From Raphidiopsis brookii D9 (GTDB lineage: Bacteria; Cyanobacteriota; Cyanobacteriia; Cyanobacteriales; Nostocaceae), in contig ACYB01000005.1 in NCBI GenBank assembly GCA_000175855.1, forward strand, positions 30,178-62,177: a DNA stretch of 32,000 bases, read 5' to 3'. The number at the start of each line of letters is the position of its first letter. Position 1 is the stretch's first letter. Below the pieces are notes generated by a model. The model saw nothing but the letters and a program-made list of their open reading frames with translations, ran no database searches and was not told the origin of the DNA. This document shows, one piece after another, positions 10,653 through 21,773 of the stretch. The translations under genes and the position numbers were made by a program.

Positions 10653-13600
10653 CTAAAAACAATTAAATCGTTGATCTGGATCAACAGCGTAGGTTGCATC
10701 ACTGGTTTGTTTGGCACATAAAAGGGTTTGAATCCATTCATCATCTCGACCAACTTGACGAAAATAGTCTTTGGATAACTTTTGTGATTTTATAGGAATT
10801 TTTTGGGCAAATAAATCCAGTGGTTGAGATAAAAGTCCCACATCATAATGCCATTGTCGTCTAGGTGGAAGATGCCCAGAACTTCTACCAAAATTCACGG
10901 CAATTTTGTATTGAAAATCCTGGGGTTGACTGTTAATAGATGTGCTATAGGTTCCCGTGGCATAGTTACTCCTTTTCATTTGAATAAATGCACCATTGAT
11001 TGTCAGATCTATAGGGGTAGTATTAGGGCTCCAATTTTCCAATAAGCGGAGTAAGTTGGGTAACCCCCATTATCTTCCATTGGACGAGCTGGATTGTCTC
11101 CCGTAGCAGCAATAAAATTCACAGTAGTTGGGGTTGCTATCTGTAACCAATGACTATGTGAACCATTGGTAATGCTGTTAGTGTTATGGGGGTCAGTTAG
11201 GGTGGCAAAGGGTTGATTAATTTGTAAAACTGGTTGCCAAAAACCATTGAAATCAGGTGTTAACCAGGGAATGAGAAATCCTTGATTATTTTCATTGACA
11301 GCTAATCTTGGTAAGGTGTTACCTGAAAAAGCAAAAGTTTTAATTATCTGATTATTATCCACTCCATAAACAGTTAGGGGTTGAAGTAATTTACCTGTTG
11401 CCAGATTTCTTTTGAAAGCAATTCTTTTAGGCAAGTTTATGGCTTCCCAACCATTAGATGGTGGATGATTATAACCAAGACTTCCAGTTTTAATGGCAGT
11501 TATTGGTAGACCCTCTATATTACCTTCTGGTTGTGCATTGTATTCACTTCTAGAAAATCTACTAATTACCCATTGTGTTGGGTCATTGTTACATATATCA
11601 GTATTAGACACTAGACAAACCTCTAACAGAAATTCTCTAGCTGGTATTTGTTTAACTATGGGTGTGACAAAGTTGTGAAAATAGGAACTACCTTGTGTAC
11701 CGTTAGTTGTGGGATCCAGATCGATATTTGGTATACCATTGATATCATAATTTCGGGTTACTGTGGGAGCATAAGTGTTATATTCAAAGTTGGGAGGACG
11801 ATTATTTAGGGATGCAGTATGGCCAATATAATTATTCCAATCATAGTCTCCTTCATTGCGAAACCCAAATCTAAAGTTCTGAGAAAGTAAGGTAATGGAA
11901 TCTGCTAATATGGCAGCATTTCGCCACTCATCACCTACAGTACAAATAGATGGTCCAGAATCACTAGGAATTAGTTTAGGATCGCCAGGACGACAAGCAA
12001 ATTGACGGTTTACCTGACTACGATTGTAAAAATTACTCCAATCAGCTGCTAAGGTACTGGTAAATTCTTCTTGGGTATGTCTATTGAAATCACCTTTAAT
12101 ATAAACCGGTAAGTTAGAAGCTAAAATCAAACCCTTTTCCTGTCTTATAAATGTATTACTTGATCCACGGAAAAGTTTAGTTGGTGAACCATCACTAGTG
12201 GTAATTAGAATCCCATTAGGACGACGAGTAGGATCAAGTTTATAATCCAGAGAACTTTCTGATTTAGCAGATATTCCTCCACTGCTATCTGGTAGAGCAT
12301 CATCCCGAGTCGCATAAATAATTCCACTATTGGGTAATAAATACTCATCGGTTGATATTCTGGTTGTGCGTAGCTGATTTAAGTCTATGACTGTAGCACG
12401 AATTTCTAACGGTTGTCTATCTCTCAGAGGTAAATCGTAGGGTAAATTACTATCCATTTGTACCCGGTTTGAGGTTTGATTAGCTCTGATTTCTCTGGAA
12501 TCTAAAAAAGCTATTTCCTTAATTGCACCATGGGGAATGGGAGGGTTACTCAGAGGACTTATACTACCATCCATAATTTGTAAAGCACATAAGGCAGTAT
12601 CTATGGCAGACTTTTCTGATAAGGAATAGTTGTTTTTTGCTAAAGCATTTCTCAAAGGTTCATTTACCCAACGTCCATTAGGATATTGCAACTCGGCTTG
12701 ATATCTGAGTAAATTTGCATAAGCATTAACATTTCTAGTGGGAGGTGGATAAACAATACCATTGTTTGATAATCCCTGGGGAGATTTTTCTATTCCTCCT
12801 GCATTGGGTAAGCTCATCATATTTGTTGCTGTGCTGCTATTTGTAGGAAGATAAAAACTACTAATGCAAGCTATGGGGGTGGGGTTAGTCTGGTTATAGT
12901 TAGTAGATTTATAGTGGTAAACCACCGTAGCTCGCATTTTTAAATAGGGGGTTGTAATGTCTGTTTCAGAAAGTTTAGGTAGGGTAAATTTTAAGGATGA
13001 ATCATACATCCAGTAGGGATCAATGGTTGTATTTGGGTATTCTTGAGATGTTTGTGGTATGGGTAAGATATCGGACCAAATTTTTGTTGAAACATCTACA
13101 AAGTTCGTGCTAGAAGCAGTATGATTTCTGGGTAAATATATTCCAGAACCAGTAACCACACGCAAACCACCAATGAAATTTTCCTGTTGTGGATTTTGGG
13201 GTACTTGTGCTGCTGCATATTCCCAATCTCCATCCCTTTCTATTGCAGCTAAATCAGCTAAGTTATGCAGGGTGGTATAACGAGTTCTTGGTTGATTACT
13301 TAGATCCCAATTAATATCTTTGAGGTTTTGAGTGTGGTTAATATCGGTGGTAAAAAAGCGATTTTGTGGATAGTTCCACCACATTTGGGGTAGATTGTGA
13401 CCAACTATAACCCGGTCTCCTAAATACTGCTCTACTCCCCCTAGTTGTTTTTGCAGTTGCTCCATGGGTTCTGTTGCACTAGGTTTGAGTAAATTACCAC
13501 CAATATTCCCACTAATATTTAATGATAATTCACTATGATTAGTTCCTGTAATTCCATCACTAGCAAATGGATAAATCCATCGATCTATGGGACGCAGGGT

Positions 13601-15034
13601 ATCACCAGTACCTTGTAAGGGATTATGGATCTTATTTACATCGCTCTGTTCACTGCCAAAAGGTACTTCTTGAAAAGGCACACGGCGGGTGCGTTTTTGA
13701 AAATAGAGTTCTAATTCTTTACGGCGAATTTGGTCATACTGATCGTTTGTATATGCTGTTCCTAATTGCCTTTGTTTTTTGGTGATTCCCTGTTTTACTT
13801 CTTGGGGGTCGGTGGTCAAAGAATTGGCTAGTTGGGTATCTACTAACTTATTAATTCTTTTTACATAAGCCAGACTGTTATAGGCTATGCTTCGTGGTGA
13901 ATTAGTAACTGATTTATGGTCTCTAATTCTGGGGTTGTATCCCGCAACTGTTTCTGGATTTATGCCTTTATCCTTAAATAAATCTATGGTGGTTGCTATG
14001 GATAAATCTGTATTATCTGTAAATCCACCCGCTGCTAAATTCCCACCTACGATAATTTTGGAGTTTTCTGGTTCGTAAAAGCAAGAACTCTGACTACTAA
14101 TTTGATAGAGTCTAATTGAGCGGGAAGCTGAACCAGTTAACAAGTTACTATTGGTAAAAATTCTGCCATTAATTCTGAAGTCTTCATTGCCAGTAATTTG
14201 TAAGTCATCTTCATAAACAATGGCGTTGTTACTAGATGGAAGTTGGATTCTCTCTTGCTTATATTCTAGAGCATAAAATGCTTTATTTTCTGAGGATATT
14301 TCATAGTTAATTTGATTTTGTGTGGGTATGGTCATCTGGCTAGTAATGGGAACTGTAACAGTATAAACAAAAAAGGCTTTTCTCATTTGTCTACCGATTA
14401 TTAACCACCCGTTTGTATCTACTAAATTACCACTTATTGAATTGAAATCCTGACATCGAGAATTAAAATCGATTGGATTTATAGGTAAAGATCTAGCTTC
14501 TAAAGTGTTTCTAGCTCGTATGTATTGCTGATTGCTTTGAGGAGGATTTTTAAAATAAATGCCATAAAGAGTGTAACTGTCAAATTTACCATTGTTATTA
14601 GTGTCTACGGGAAATTTCCAGGCGGTTTTTAAGGGTTCGTAGTTTTGCAAGTTCAGGGTCAGATTAGTCTCATCACCAAAGGTATATTCGTCTAGGTGAT
14701 TCACTAGGTTATTATATAAGTCTTGATCTGAAGGTAAAAATTGGGTAATTCTAGGATCTGCCAACATTTGGTTAATCTTGGCTCTTCCCCTATCTATTGC
14801 GGGAGTCGCTGCATTGATTACTGTTTGATTAATCCTGGTATTATGAGCATGTTTAGCTCTTTCAAAGGAGCGAAATATAATTGCCATTGTTAGTAACATT
14901 AGGACCAGGATAACCATGGTTGTTGTGGGCAATACAAATCCTTGGTTTTTTAAGGTTTGTCTCCTTTGATATTTCAAAATAATTTTTAAAAACCATTTTA
15001 TAAAGCTTTTTATAGCTCTTGCTAAAATAGACAC
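10653..15034 (-). CDS. hpsA: HpsA-like giant exported protein (~1460 aa if repaired), interrupted by a 1-nt frame change in a homopolymer (pseudogene or sequencing error)
   Basis: ORF 11009-15034 (1341 aa, GVG start, pilin-like hydrophobic N-terminus ..KNQGFVLPTTTMVILVLMLLTMAIIF) and ORF 10653-11042 (129 aa) overlap by 34 nt. The downstream frame opens exactly at the C5 run (G5 on the coding strand) at 11064-11068. One extra G would read ..PMEDNGGLPNLLRLLENWSPN.. continuously. The size and the position ahead of three pseudopilins fit HpsA of the Nostoc hps locus. Confidence 0.6.
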
Positions 15035-15333
15035 AACTTGAGCGATCGCCTTAGCAGATTTTTTTAGTGATGATCCGGTAAGAATGACACTTTTTAGCCA
15101 TAACTATGAGTCCCCCTCCATAAGCCCATGACTTTTGAGTAATTGGGTTAGTTGGATAAACTTAATATATCCAACATATCTAATATAGATTGTTATCTCT
15201 TGGCGGGGATTTTATGTACAGTATTTACACTGTTTTTTAAAAAAAAGGACTGAATATTGAAAATTGGGAATTCACTGAAGGAATCTTGGGTATGATAGAT
15301 TTTTGTCAGCAATCCCCTAATTAAAATCCCCTA

Positions 15334-17868
15334 ATGAAAAACCATAAGATCAAAAACATCAAACTCCCCGAACTCCTAGCACCTGCGGGTAACTGGGAAT
15401 GTGCAAAAGCAGCAGTAGAAAATGGTGCGGATGCAATTTATTTTGGTTTAGACAAATTTAACGCCAGAATGCGATCGCACAATTTTACTATTAGTGACTT
15501 ACCGGAATTAATAGAATTTTTACACTTACGGGGAGTGAAGGGATACGTTACCTTAAACACCCTAGTTTTCACTTCAGAACTCCAGGAAGTGGAGCAATAC
15601 CTCAAAACCATGATTACCGCTGGTGTGGATGCTGTGATTGTTCAGGATGTGGGTATTTGTCGTCTGATTCGTCATCTTTCTAGTGATTTTCCTATTCATG
15701 GGTCAACCCAAATGACTATTACCAGTGCTGCTGGGGTGGATTTTGCTAAATCTCTGGGATGTCAATTAGTTGTTTTAGCGCGAGAGTGTTCAATTAGTGA
15801 GATTAATAAAATTCAACAACAAATATTAGAGAAAAACATCCCCTTACCTTTAGAGATATTTGTACATGGTGCATTGTGTGTTGCTTATTCTGGACAATGT
15901 TTAACCAGTGAAGCGTTGGGGGGACGCTCCGCAAACAGAGGAGAATGTGCTCAAGCTTGTAGAATGCCTTATGATTTAATAGCAGATGAGAAAATTGTTG
16001 ACCTAGGTAATCGCAAATATTTACTCAGTCCTCAGGATCTTTCTGGAATAGAGGTATTACCGGAGCTAGTAAACTGTGGAGTAACATGTTTAAAAATTGA
16101 AGGTAGATTAAAAACACCTGAATACGTTGCTAACGTTACTCAGGTTTATCGACAAGCATTAGATAAAATTGCCAAATTATGTGATATTCATGTAACTGCT
16201 ACATCTCAATATATTACAGATAACCACGATTATAAAAGTTATAACAAGTATCCCTTAGAGATGGCTTTTTCCCGTGGACTTTATACGGGATGGTTGAAAG
16301 GTATTAATAATCAAGAATTGGTACATGCAAATTTTGGCAAAAAACGCGGGGTTTATGTGGGAGAGGTAACGCGCATTAAAAATGAACAAATAACTTTAAA
16401 AATAGTTGCACCTATTAAAGCTGGTGATGGAGTGGTATTTGACTGTGCACATCCGGAATTACCAGAAGAAGGAGGGAGGGTATACACAGTCACACAAAAA
16501 GGAAAAAAAGAAGTAGTGTTAACTTTTGGTAGGGATGCTATCAATCCCAGCAAGATTCATATAGGTGATAAGATTTGGAAAACCAGTGACCCAGAATTAG
16601 ATAAAGCAATTCGTCAAACCTACACAGGAGAAAATGCCAATTTTACCCAACCAATTCATCTAGAATTATTTGGGGAAACAGGAGAAAAATTAATAGCTAT
16701 AGTTGGGGATGAAATTGGTAATATTGTCAAAGTAGAATCAGAAATGCTGCTAGTTGAGGCTCATACTAAACCCTTAACTACAGAAAAATTGCAAGAACAA
16801 TTTGGACGTTTGGGGAATACACCATTTCATTTAGGAACTTTGAAAAACAAAATTATGGGTAATGCGATTTTACCGGTTAGTCAGTTGAATAAAATGCGTC
16901 GAGAACTGGTGACAAGATTGCAAATTCTTAGAAGTAAACCCCAAGTTTGGCAGATAAATCATGATCATCAATGGCAAGATATGCTCAAGATTGTCACAGA
17001 TGATAAGAGTGTAACTAATTCAGGTGTTTCTTTGATAATACTAGTCAGGAGCATGAAACAACTCATGGCTGTGTTAGATTCAAATATTGAAACAATATAT
17101 TGTGAATTTGAAGATCCTCGTAAATATCAAGCCGCAGTAAAACTCTGTAGGGATACCCAAAAATCTTTTAACCTATATATTGCACCTCCTCGCATTACTA
17201 AACCAGGTGAAAATTGGATTTTGAAACAGCTAAAAGATTGTCAAGTAGATGGTTACTTAGTTAGGAACTATGACCACTTAGAATATTTTAGTGGTGCAAA
17301 GTGTATTGGTGATTTTTCTCTAAATATTGCTAATCCCTTAACTGCGGACTATTTTCAAAAACAGTTTAACCTGGAACGATTAACTGCTTCCTATGACTTG
17401 AATATTAATCAACTCATGGATTTAATTACCAGTTATACGCCAAGATTTTTAGAGGTAACCATACATCAACATATCCCCATGTTCCATATGGAACACTGTG
17501 TATTTTGTGCCTTTCTCTCCCAGGGAACAGATTACACAAATTGTGGTCGTCCCTGTGAAAAACAAGAACTAAAAATTCGTGATAGAGTAGGTAGCGAGCA
17601 TATAGTCAAAGCAGATACGGGATGCAGAAATACTGTATATAATGGCACTGCACAAACTGGAGCAGAATATATACAAAAACTAATTAGTGTGGGGTTGAAA
17701 AATTTCAGAATTGAATTTCTCCAGGAAACACCAGAACAGGTAACCCAAACCATCAATTATTATCAACAACTGATTCAAGGGGAAATCACCGGTTCACAAC
17801 TTTGGAAAACCTTAAAATTACAAAGTCAACTTGGTGTAACTCGTGGTGCATTAACCAATCACTATTGA
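15334..17868 (+). CDS. U32-family peptidase (long, ~840 aa form)
   Basis: N-terminal PELLAPAGN...A.ENGADAIYFG and the U32 signature-like motif EIFVHGALCVAYSGQCLTS. A second U32-like half occupies the C-terminal 250 aa, with a cysteine cluster HCVFCAF..CGRPC. Confidence 0.85.
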   Translation: MKNHKIKNIKLPELLAPAGNWECAKAAVENGADAIYFGLDKFNARMRSHNFTISDLPELIEFLHLRGVKGYVTLNTLVFTSELQEVEQYLKTMITAGVDAVIVQDVGICRLIRHLSSDFPIHGSTQMTITSAAGVDFAKSLGCQLVVLARECSISEINKIQQQILEKNIPLPLEIFVHGALCVAYSGQCLTSEALGGRSANRGECAQACRMPYDLIADEKIVDLGNRKYLLSPQDLSGIEVLPELVNCGVTCLKIEGRLKTPEYVANVTQVYRQALDKIAKLCDIHVTATSQYITDNHDYKSYNKYPLEMAFSRGLYTGWLKGINNQELVHANFGKKRGVYVGEVTRIKNEQITLKIVAPIKAGDGVVFDCAHPELPEEGGRVYTVTQKGKKEVVLTFGRDAINPSKIHIGDKIWKTSDPELDKAIRQTYTGENANFTQPIHLELFGETGEKLIAIVGDEIGNIVKVESEMLLVEAHTKPLTTEKLQEQFGRLGNTPFHLGTLKNKIMGNAILPVSQLNKMRRELVTRLQILRSKPQVWQINHDHQWQDMLKIVTDDKSVTNSGVSLIILVRSMKQLMAVLDSNIETIYCEFEDPRKYQAAVKLCRDTQKSFNLYIAPPRITKPGENWILKQLKDCQVDGYLVRNYDHLEYFSGAKCIGDFSLNIANPLTADYFQKQFNLERLTASYDLNINQLMDLITSYTPRFLEVTIHQHIPMFHMEHCVFCAFLSQGTDYTNCGRPCEKQELKIRDRVGSEHIVKADTGCRNTVYNGTAQTGAEYIQKLISVGLKNFRIEFLQETPEQVTQTINYYQQLIQGEITGSQLWKTLKLQSQLGVTRGALTNHY

Positions 17869-17876
17869 ATTGAGTA

Positions 17877-19325
17877 TCAATAACCGAAAATACTGCCACT
17901 GCGTGGAGGAATATTGACCTCAATATTCTTCTCGCTCCAGAATACTTCCCCCTTACCATACAGCAACTTGCTTAATTTATTTGCCAACTTACTACTATCT
18001 ATACTAGCTTTAACTGATTCCTCACCTATATTGACAGCAATCATTAACTCCTGATTTTCCCAAGTTCTAACAAACACATATAATGTGGTGTCCGCATAAA
18101 TAACTTGATAATCTCCTATCCTTAAAGCTGGATATTGATGACGCAAGGAAATTAACTGTTTATGAGTTTTCAGGATTTCTAAGTTCCATTTATCAATTAT
18201 AGGAAACCCTCGACGACAATCGGGGTCTAACCCACCAGGTAAGCCAACTTCGTCTCCATAATATATACTGGGCGATCCAGGAAATGTCAATAGTAATAGG
18301 GTTGCCAATTCAACAGATGTAATATCACCACCAGCAATAGAAATTAATCTGGCTGTATCATGACTTGCCAGTAAATTTAGTTGGGTTAGTTGAATTTCCC
18401 ATGGGTACAGCTTTAATAGTTCCTGCATTTTCTCAGCATACTCAGCTGCAGATAAAGGTGGAAAAGCTTCATAATCACGTCTTTTTACCATTTCTAATTG
18501 CACGCGATCGCCTGCAGTAAAAGCAATAGTAGGACCAGTAAATAGATAATTCATTACGCCATCAAATTGGGTTCCATCTAACCACTGACGGGAATCTTTC
18601 CACACCTCTCCCACAATATAGGCATTGGGATTAATGGCTTTCACCCGTTCTCGGAATTCTTGCCAAAACCCAGGAGTTTCAATTTCATTAGGTACATCTA
18701 AACGCCATCCATCAATGCCAAATTTTATCCAATATTCGGCAATTTGCATAATATATTCCCGCACATCTGGATGATCATGATTAAATACTGGTAAAGAACG
18801 AATATCTGCCCAACTTTCATAATTTGCTGGTGCATCACCTGTATAGGGTGCAAGTGGCCAACCTTGGATCTTAAACCAGTCTACCCAGGGAGAATGGGGT
18901 CCATTCTCTAATATATCATGGAAGAAGAAAATCCCTCGACTTGCATGATTAAAAACTCCATCTAACACAATCTTGATATTGCGTTTATGCGCCTCGTTTA
19001 ACAACTCTCTAAAAGCTCCATTTCCCCCTAATAACGGATCCACTTGATAGTAGTCATGGGTATGATAACGGTGATTACTTGCAGACTGAAAAATAGGAGT
19101 AAAGTAAATAGCATTAACTCCCAAGTTTTCTATATGGTCTAATTTTTCTAAAACACCCCACAAATCTCCACCTTTATAACCTTGTAAAGTGGGGGGAGCA
19201 TCCCAATCTTCCCATTGGGGATTACTTAATAAACTAGGTTTAAATTGTTTACCTTTAGCAAATCTGTCAGGGAAGATCTGATAGAAAATGGCGTGCTTGA
19301 CCCAGTCCGGTGTGTGAATCTGCAT
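17877..19325 (-). CDS. GH13 (alpha-amylase family) glycoside hydrolase, neopullulanase/alpha-glucosidase-like
   Basis: The four GH13 conserved regions are present: VLDGVFNH, GIDGWRLDVPNE (nucleophile Asp), IVGEVW (acid/base Glu) and LLASHDTAR. The N-terminus IFYQIFPDRF is typical of this family. Confidence 0.85.
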   Translation of the reverse strand: MQIHTPDWVKHAIFYQIFPDRFAKGKQFKPSLLSNPQWEDWDAPPTLQGYKGGDLWGVLEKLDHIENLGVNAIYFTPIFQSASNHRYHTHDYYQVDPLLGGNGAFRELLNEAHKRNIKIVLDGVFNHASRGIFFFHDILENGPHSPWVDWFKIQGWPLAPYTGDAPANYESWADIRSLPVFNHDHPDVREYIMQIAEYWIKFGIDGWRLDVPNEIETPGFWQEFRERVKAINPNAYIVGEVWKDSRQWLDGTQFDGVMNYLFTGPTIAFTAGDRVQLEMVKRRDYEAFPPLSAAEYAEKMQELLKLYPWEIQLTQLNLLASHDTARLISIAGGDITSVELATLLLLTFPGSPSIYYGDEVGLPGGLDPDCRRGFPIIDKWNLEILKTHKQLISLRHQYPALRIGDYQVIYADTTLYVFVRTWENQELMIAVNIGEESVKASIDSSKLANKLSKLLYGKGEVFWSEKNIEVNIPPRSGSIFGY

Positions 19326-19498
19326 AAATCTAGGTAAAAAGTGAAGATTTTTGCCAGCATAACATATAACTTTAGACTGTTGCTCTTATGTTATTTTTTA
19401 TATTATCTTTAAGTGCAAAATTTTACAATGCCTATACATATAGCTTAGAAATAAATTAATGCATAAAAGTAAATAAAACTGAATTGAGGATAGTAAAA

Positions 19499-20113
19499 AT
19501 GTCTTACAGTGATTTTAAGTTAAGCCAAGTTGTTGACGACTTTGGATTGACAATTAATGAAAGGTCGGGACTGTTTGCAGAACATCCCCAGACAGAATGT
19601 AGTGATTTATTGAAGATCATTCTCAGCGAAAGTATTGATTTAGCAGTTGCAATTAATACAGAAAAAGCTCGTTCGGAAATGATCATTAGTCCAGTTTTAC
19701 TGGAAGTAAGGCGAAAATTAAATTATCAAATCAGCTTGTTTTCCGGAATTGATTTTAATGTTGATCCTCAACGAGGACTAAATGGGTTTTGTGATTTTCT
19801 CATCAGTCTTTCTCAAGAACAACTTTTTGTTCGTGCACCTGTGCTTACCCTAGTGGAGACTAAAAATGAAAATCTCAAATCTGGCTTAGGACAGTGTATA
19901 GCGGAAATGATAGCAGCTCAAGAGTTCAATAGACAAAAACAAAATCAGCAGATAAAGATTGTTTATGGTGTGGTGACAATTGGTACTATTTGGCAGTTTT
20001 TACAACTAGAAAATCAAGTGGTTTCTATTGATTTAAGCGAATACTATATCAAGGATGTAAACAAAATTCTAGGAATATTAATCAGTACAATTAATAATAT
20101 AACTAGAATATAA
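19499..20113 (+). CDS. hypothetical protein with a PD-(D/E)xK nuclease-like motif (possibly HsdR-N-like fold)
   Basis: ~204 aa from the ATG at 19499; the ORF-track start at 19484 is TTG. A candidate catalytic constellation is E(74)..GFCDFLIS ..(19 aa).. LVETKNE ..GQC, i.e. D...E-x-K spacing as in restriction-endonuclease-fold proteins. Motif-level evidence only. Confidence 0.45.
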   Translation: MSYSDFKLSQVVDDFGLTINERSGLFAEHPQTECSDLLKIILSESIDLAVAINTEKARSEMIISPVLLEVRRKLNYQISLFSGIDFNVDPQRGLNGFCDFLISLSQEQLFVRAPVLTLVETKNENLKSGLGQCIAEMIAAQEFNRQKQNQQIKIVYGVVTIGTIWQFLQLENQVVSIDLSEYYIKDVNKILGILISTINNITRI

Positions 20114-20249
20114 CTAGTTGATACATGTAAATATTAAATAAGGGATGTGAAAATTCTTGGCTAACATTCTTTGATCCCCCCCTCTTATCATTTGTAACCC
20201 ATAGTCCTAAACTAAAGATGAGAGTTGAAAGGTAGTCTGGAGAAATTTT

Positions 20250-21539
20250 GTGAAAAGAGTTTTAGCAATCATTCTAGGTGGGGGAGCGGGTACAAGACTG
20301 TACCCCCTGACTAAGCTCAGGGCTAAACCAGCAGTACCTGTGGCTGGTAAATACCGGTTAATAGATATCCCCGTTAGTAACTGTATAAATTCAGAGATTT
20401 TTAAAATTTATGTTCTTACACAGTTTAACTCAGCGTCCCTAAATCGTCATATTGCTCGTGCTTACAATTTTAGTGGCTTCAGCGATGGTTTTGTAGAGGT
20501 ACTAGCAGCACAACAAACTCCGGAAAACCCCAATTGGTTCCAGGGAACCGCTGATGCTGTACGTCAGTACATTTGGATGTTAGAGGAGTGGGATGTAGAT
20601 GAATTTCTGATTCTTTCTGGTGATCATCTATATCGGATGGATTACCGTTTATTTGTCCAGCGTCATCGGGAAACCAATGCTGATATTACCCTTTCCGTAA
20701 TTCCCATAGATGGTCGTCGGGCCTCGGATTTTGGTTTAATGAAAATTGACAATGGTGGTCGGGTAATTGACTTCAGCGAGAAACCCAAAGGTGAAGCTCT
20801 GGCAAAAATGCAGGTAGACACCACTATTTTGGGTCTAACCAGCGAAGAAGCCCGATCACAACCCTACATTGCCTCCATGGGCATTTATGTCTTTAAAAAA
20901 GACGTTCTCATCAAACTTTTAAGGGAGTCCCTAGAAAAAACCGATTTTGGCAAAGAAATTATCCCCGACGCTGCCAAAGATCACAATGTTCAAGCATATC
21001 TATTTGATGGTTATTGGGAAGATATAGGTACAATTGAAGCCTTCTACAATGCTAACCTGGCCCTAACCCAACAACCAGTCCCTCCCTTTAGCTTCTATGA
21101 TGAGGAAGCACCCATTTATACCCGCGCTCGCTACCTACCACCTTCCAAATTATTGGACTGCGATATCAAAGAATCCATGATTGGCGAAGGCTGTATTTTG
21201 AAAAACTGCCGCATTCAGCATTCGGTATTGGGAGTGCGATCGCGTGTAGAGTCAGGTTCCATAGTTGAGGAATCTTTAATTATGGGTTCAGACTTTTACC
21301 AACCCTCCGTGGAACGAGTATGCAACCTAGATAAAGGAGACATTCCTTTAGGTATTGGTACGGATACAATCATTCGCCGAGCGATCATTGATAAGAATGC
21401 CCGAATTGGTCATAATGTCAGGATAATCAACAAAGACAACGTCCAGGAAGCGGAGCGAGAAAAACAAGGTTTCTACATCCGTAGCGGTATAGTTGTCGTT
21501 TTAAAAAATGCTGTTATTCCCGATGGAACTATCATCTAG
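20250..21539 (+). CDS. glgC: glucose-1-phosphate adenylyltransferase (ADP-glucose pyrophosphorylase)
   Basis: GTG start. The [38 protein letters not shown]-terminus, [10 protein letters not shown] and a C-terminal left-handed beta-helix region are textbook GlgC. 429 aa. Confidence 0.93.
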   Translation: MKRVLAIILGGGAGTRLYPLTKLRAKPAVPVAGKYRLIDIPVSNCINSEIFKIYVLTQFNSASLNRHIARAYNFSGFSDGFVEVLAAQQTPENPNWFQGTADAVRQYIWMLEEWDVDEFLILSGDHLYRMDYRLFVQRHRETNADITLSVIPIDGRRASDFGLMKIDNGGRVIDFSEKPKGEALAKMQVDTTILGLTSEEARSQPYIASMGIYVFKKDVLIKLLRESLEKTDFGKEIIPDAAKDHNVQAYLFDGYWEDIGTIEAFYNANLALTQQPVPPFSFYDEEAPIYTRARYLPPSKLLDCDIKESMIGEGCILKNCRIQHSVLGVRSRVESGSIVEESLIMGSDFYQPSVERVCNLDKGDIPLGIGTDTIIRRAIIDKNARIGHNVRIINKDNVQEAEREKQGFYIRSGIVVVLKNAVIPDGTII

Positions 21540-21562
21540 TTAGGGAACTAACCTAGCAATAT

Positions 21563-21581
21563 CCCCACAAGCTTGTGGGGG
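21563..21581 (+). terminator. putative glgC terminator hairpin
   Basis: The palindrome CCCCACAAGCTTGTGGGG(G) lies 23 nt after the glgC stop and gives a 7-bp GC-rich stem with an AGCT loop. No U-tract follows, so assignment as an intrinsic terminator is tentative. Confidence 0.35.
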
Positions 21582-21773
21582 TAATCTCTCCCAACTAACT
21601 AACCTCTAAAGTACCATAATTACTCTGGAAGTGTGAGGGAAAACAAAAATAAATTTTTGCCATGCTTTGCTAATTTAGGATCACTATCTTATCCTAAAAA
21701 AGACATGACCTATATTTCTCCTATATTGTATTATAGTAATGTATTGTAGTAAGTAGTAACAGGAGGCTTGTGG

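Noticed and set aside
15216-15228. An NtcA-like palindrome, GTACAGTATTTAC, in the divergent hpsA/U32 intergenic region.
   Set aside because: The spacing is GTA-N7-TAC, not the canonical GTA-N8-TAC, and no appropriately placed -10 box was evident.
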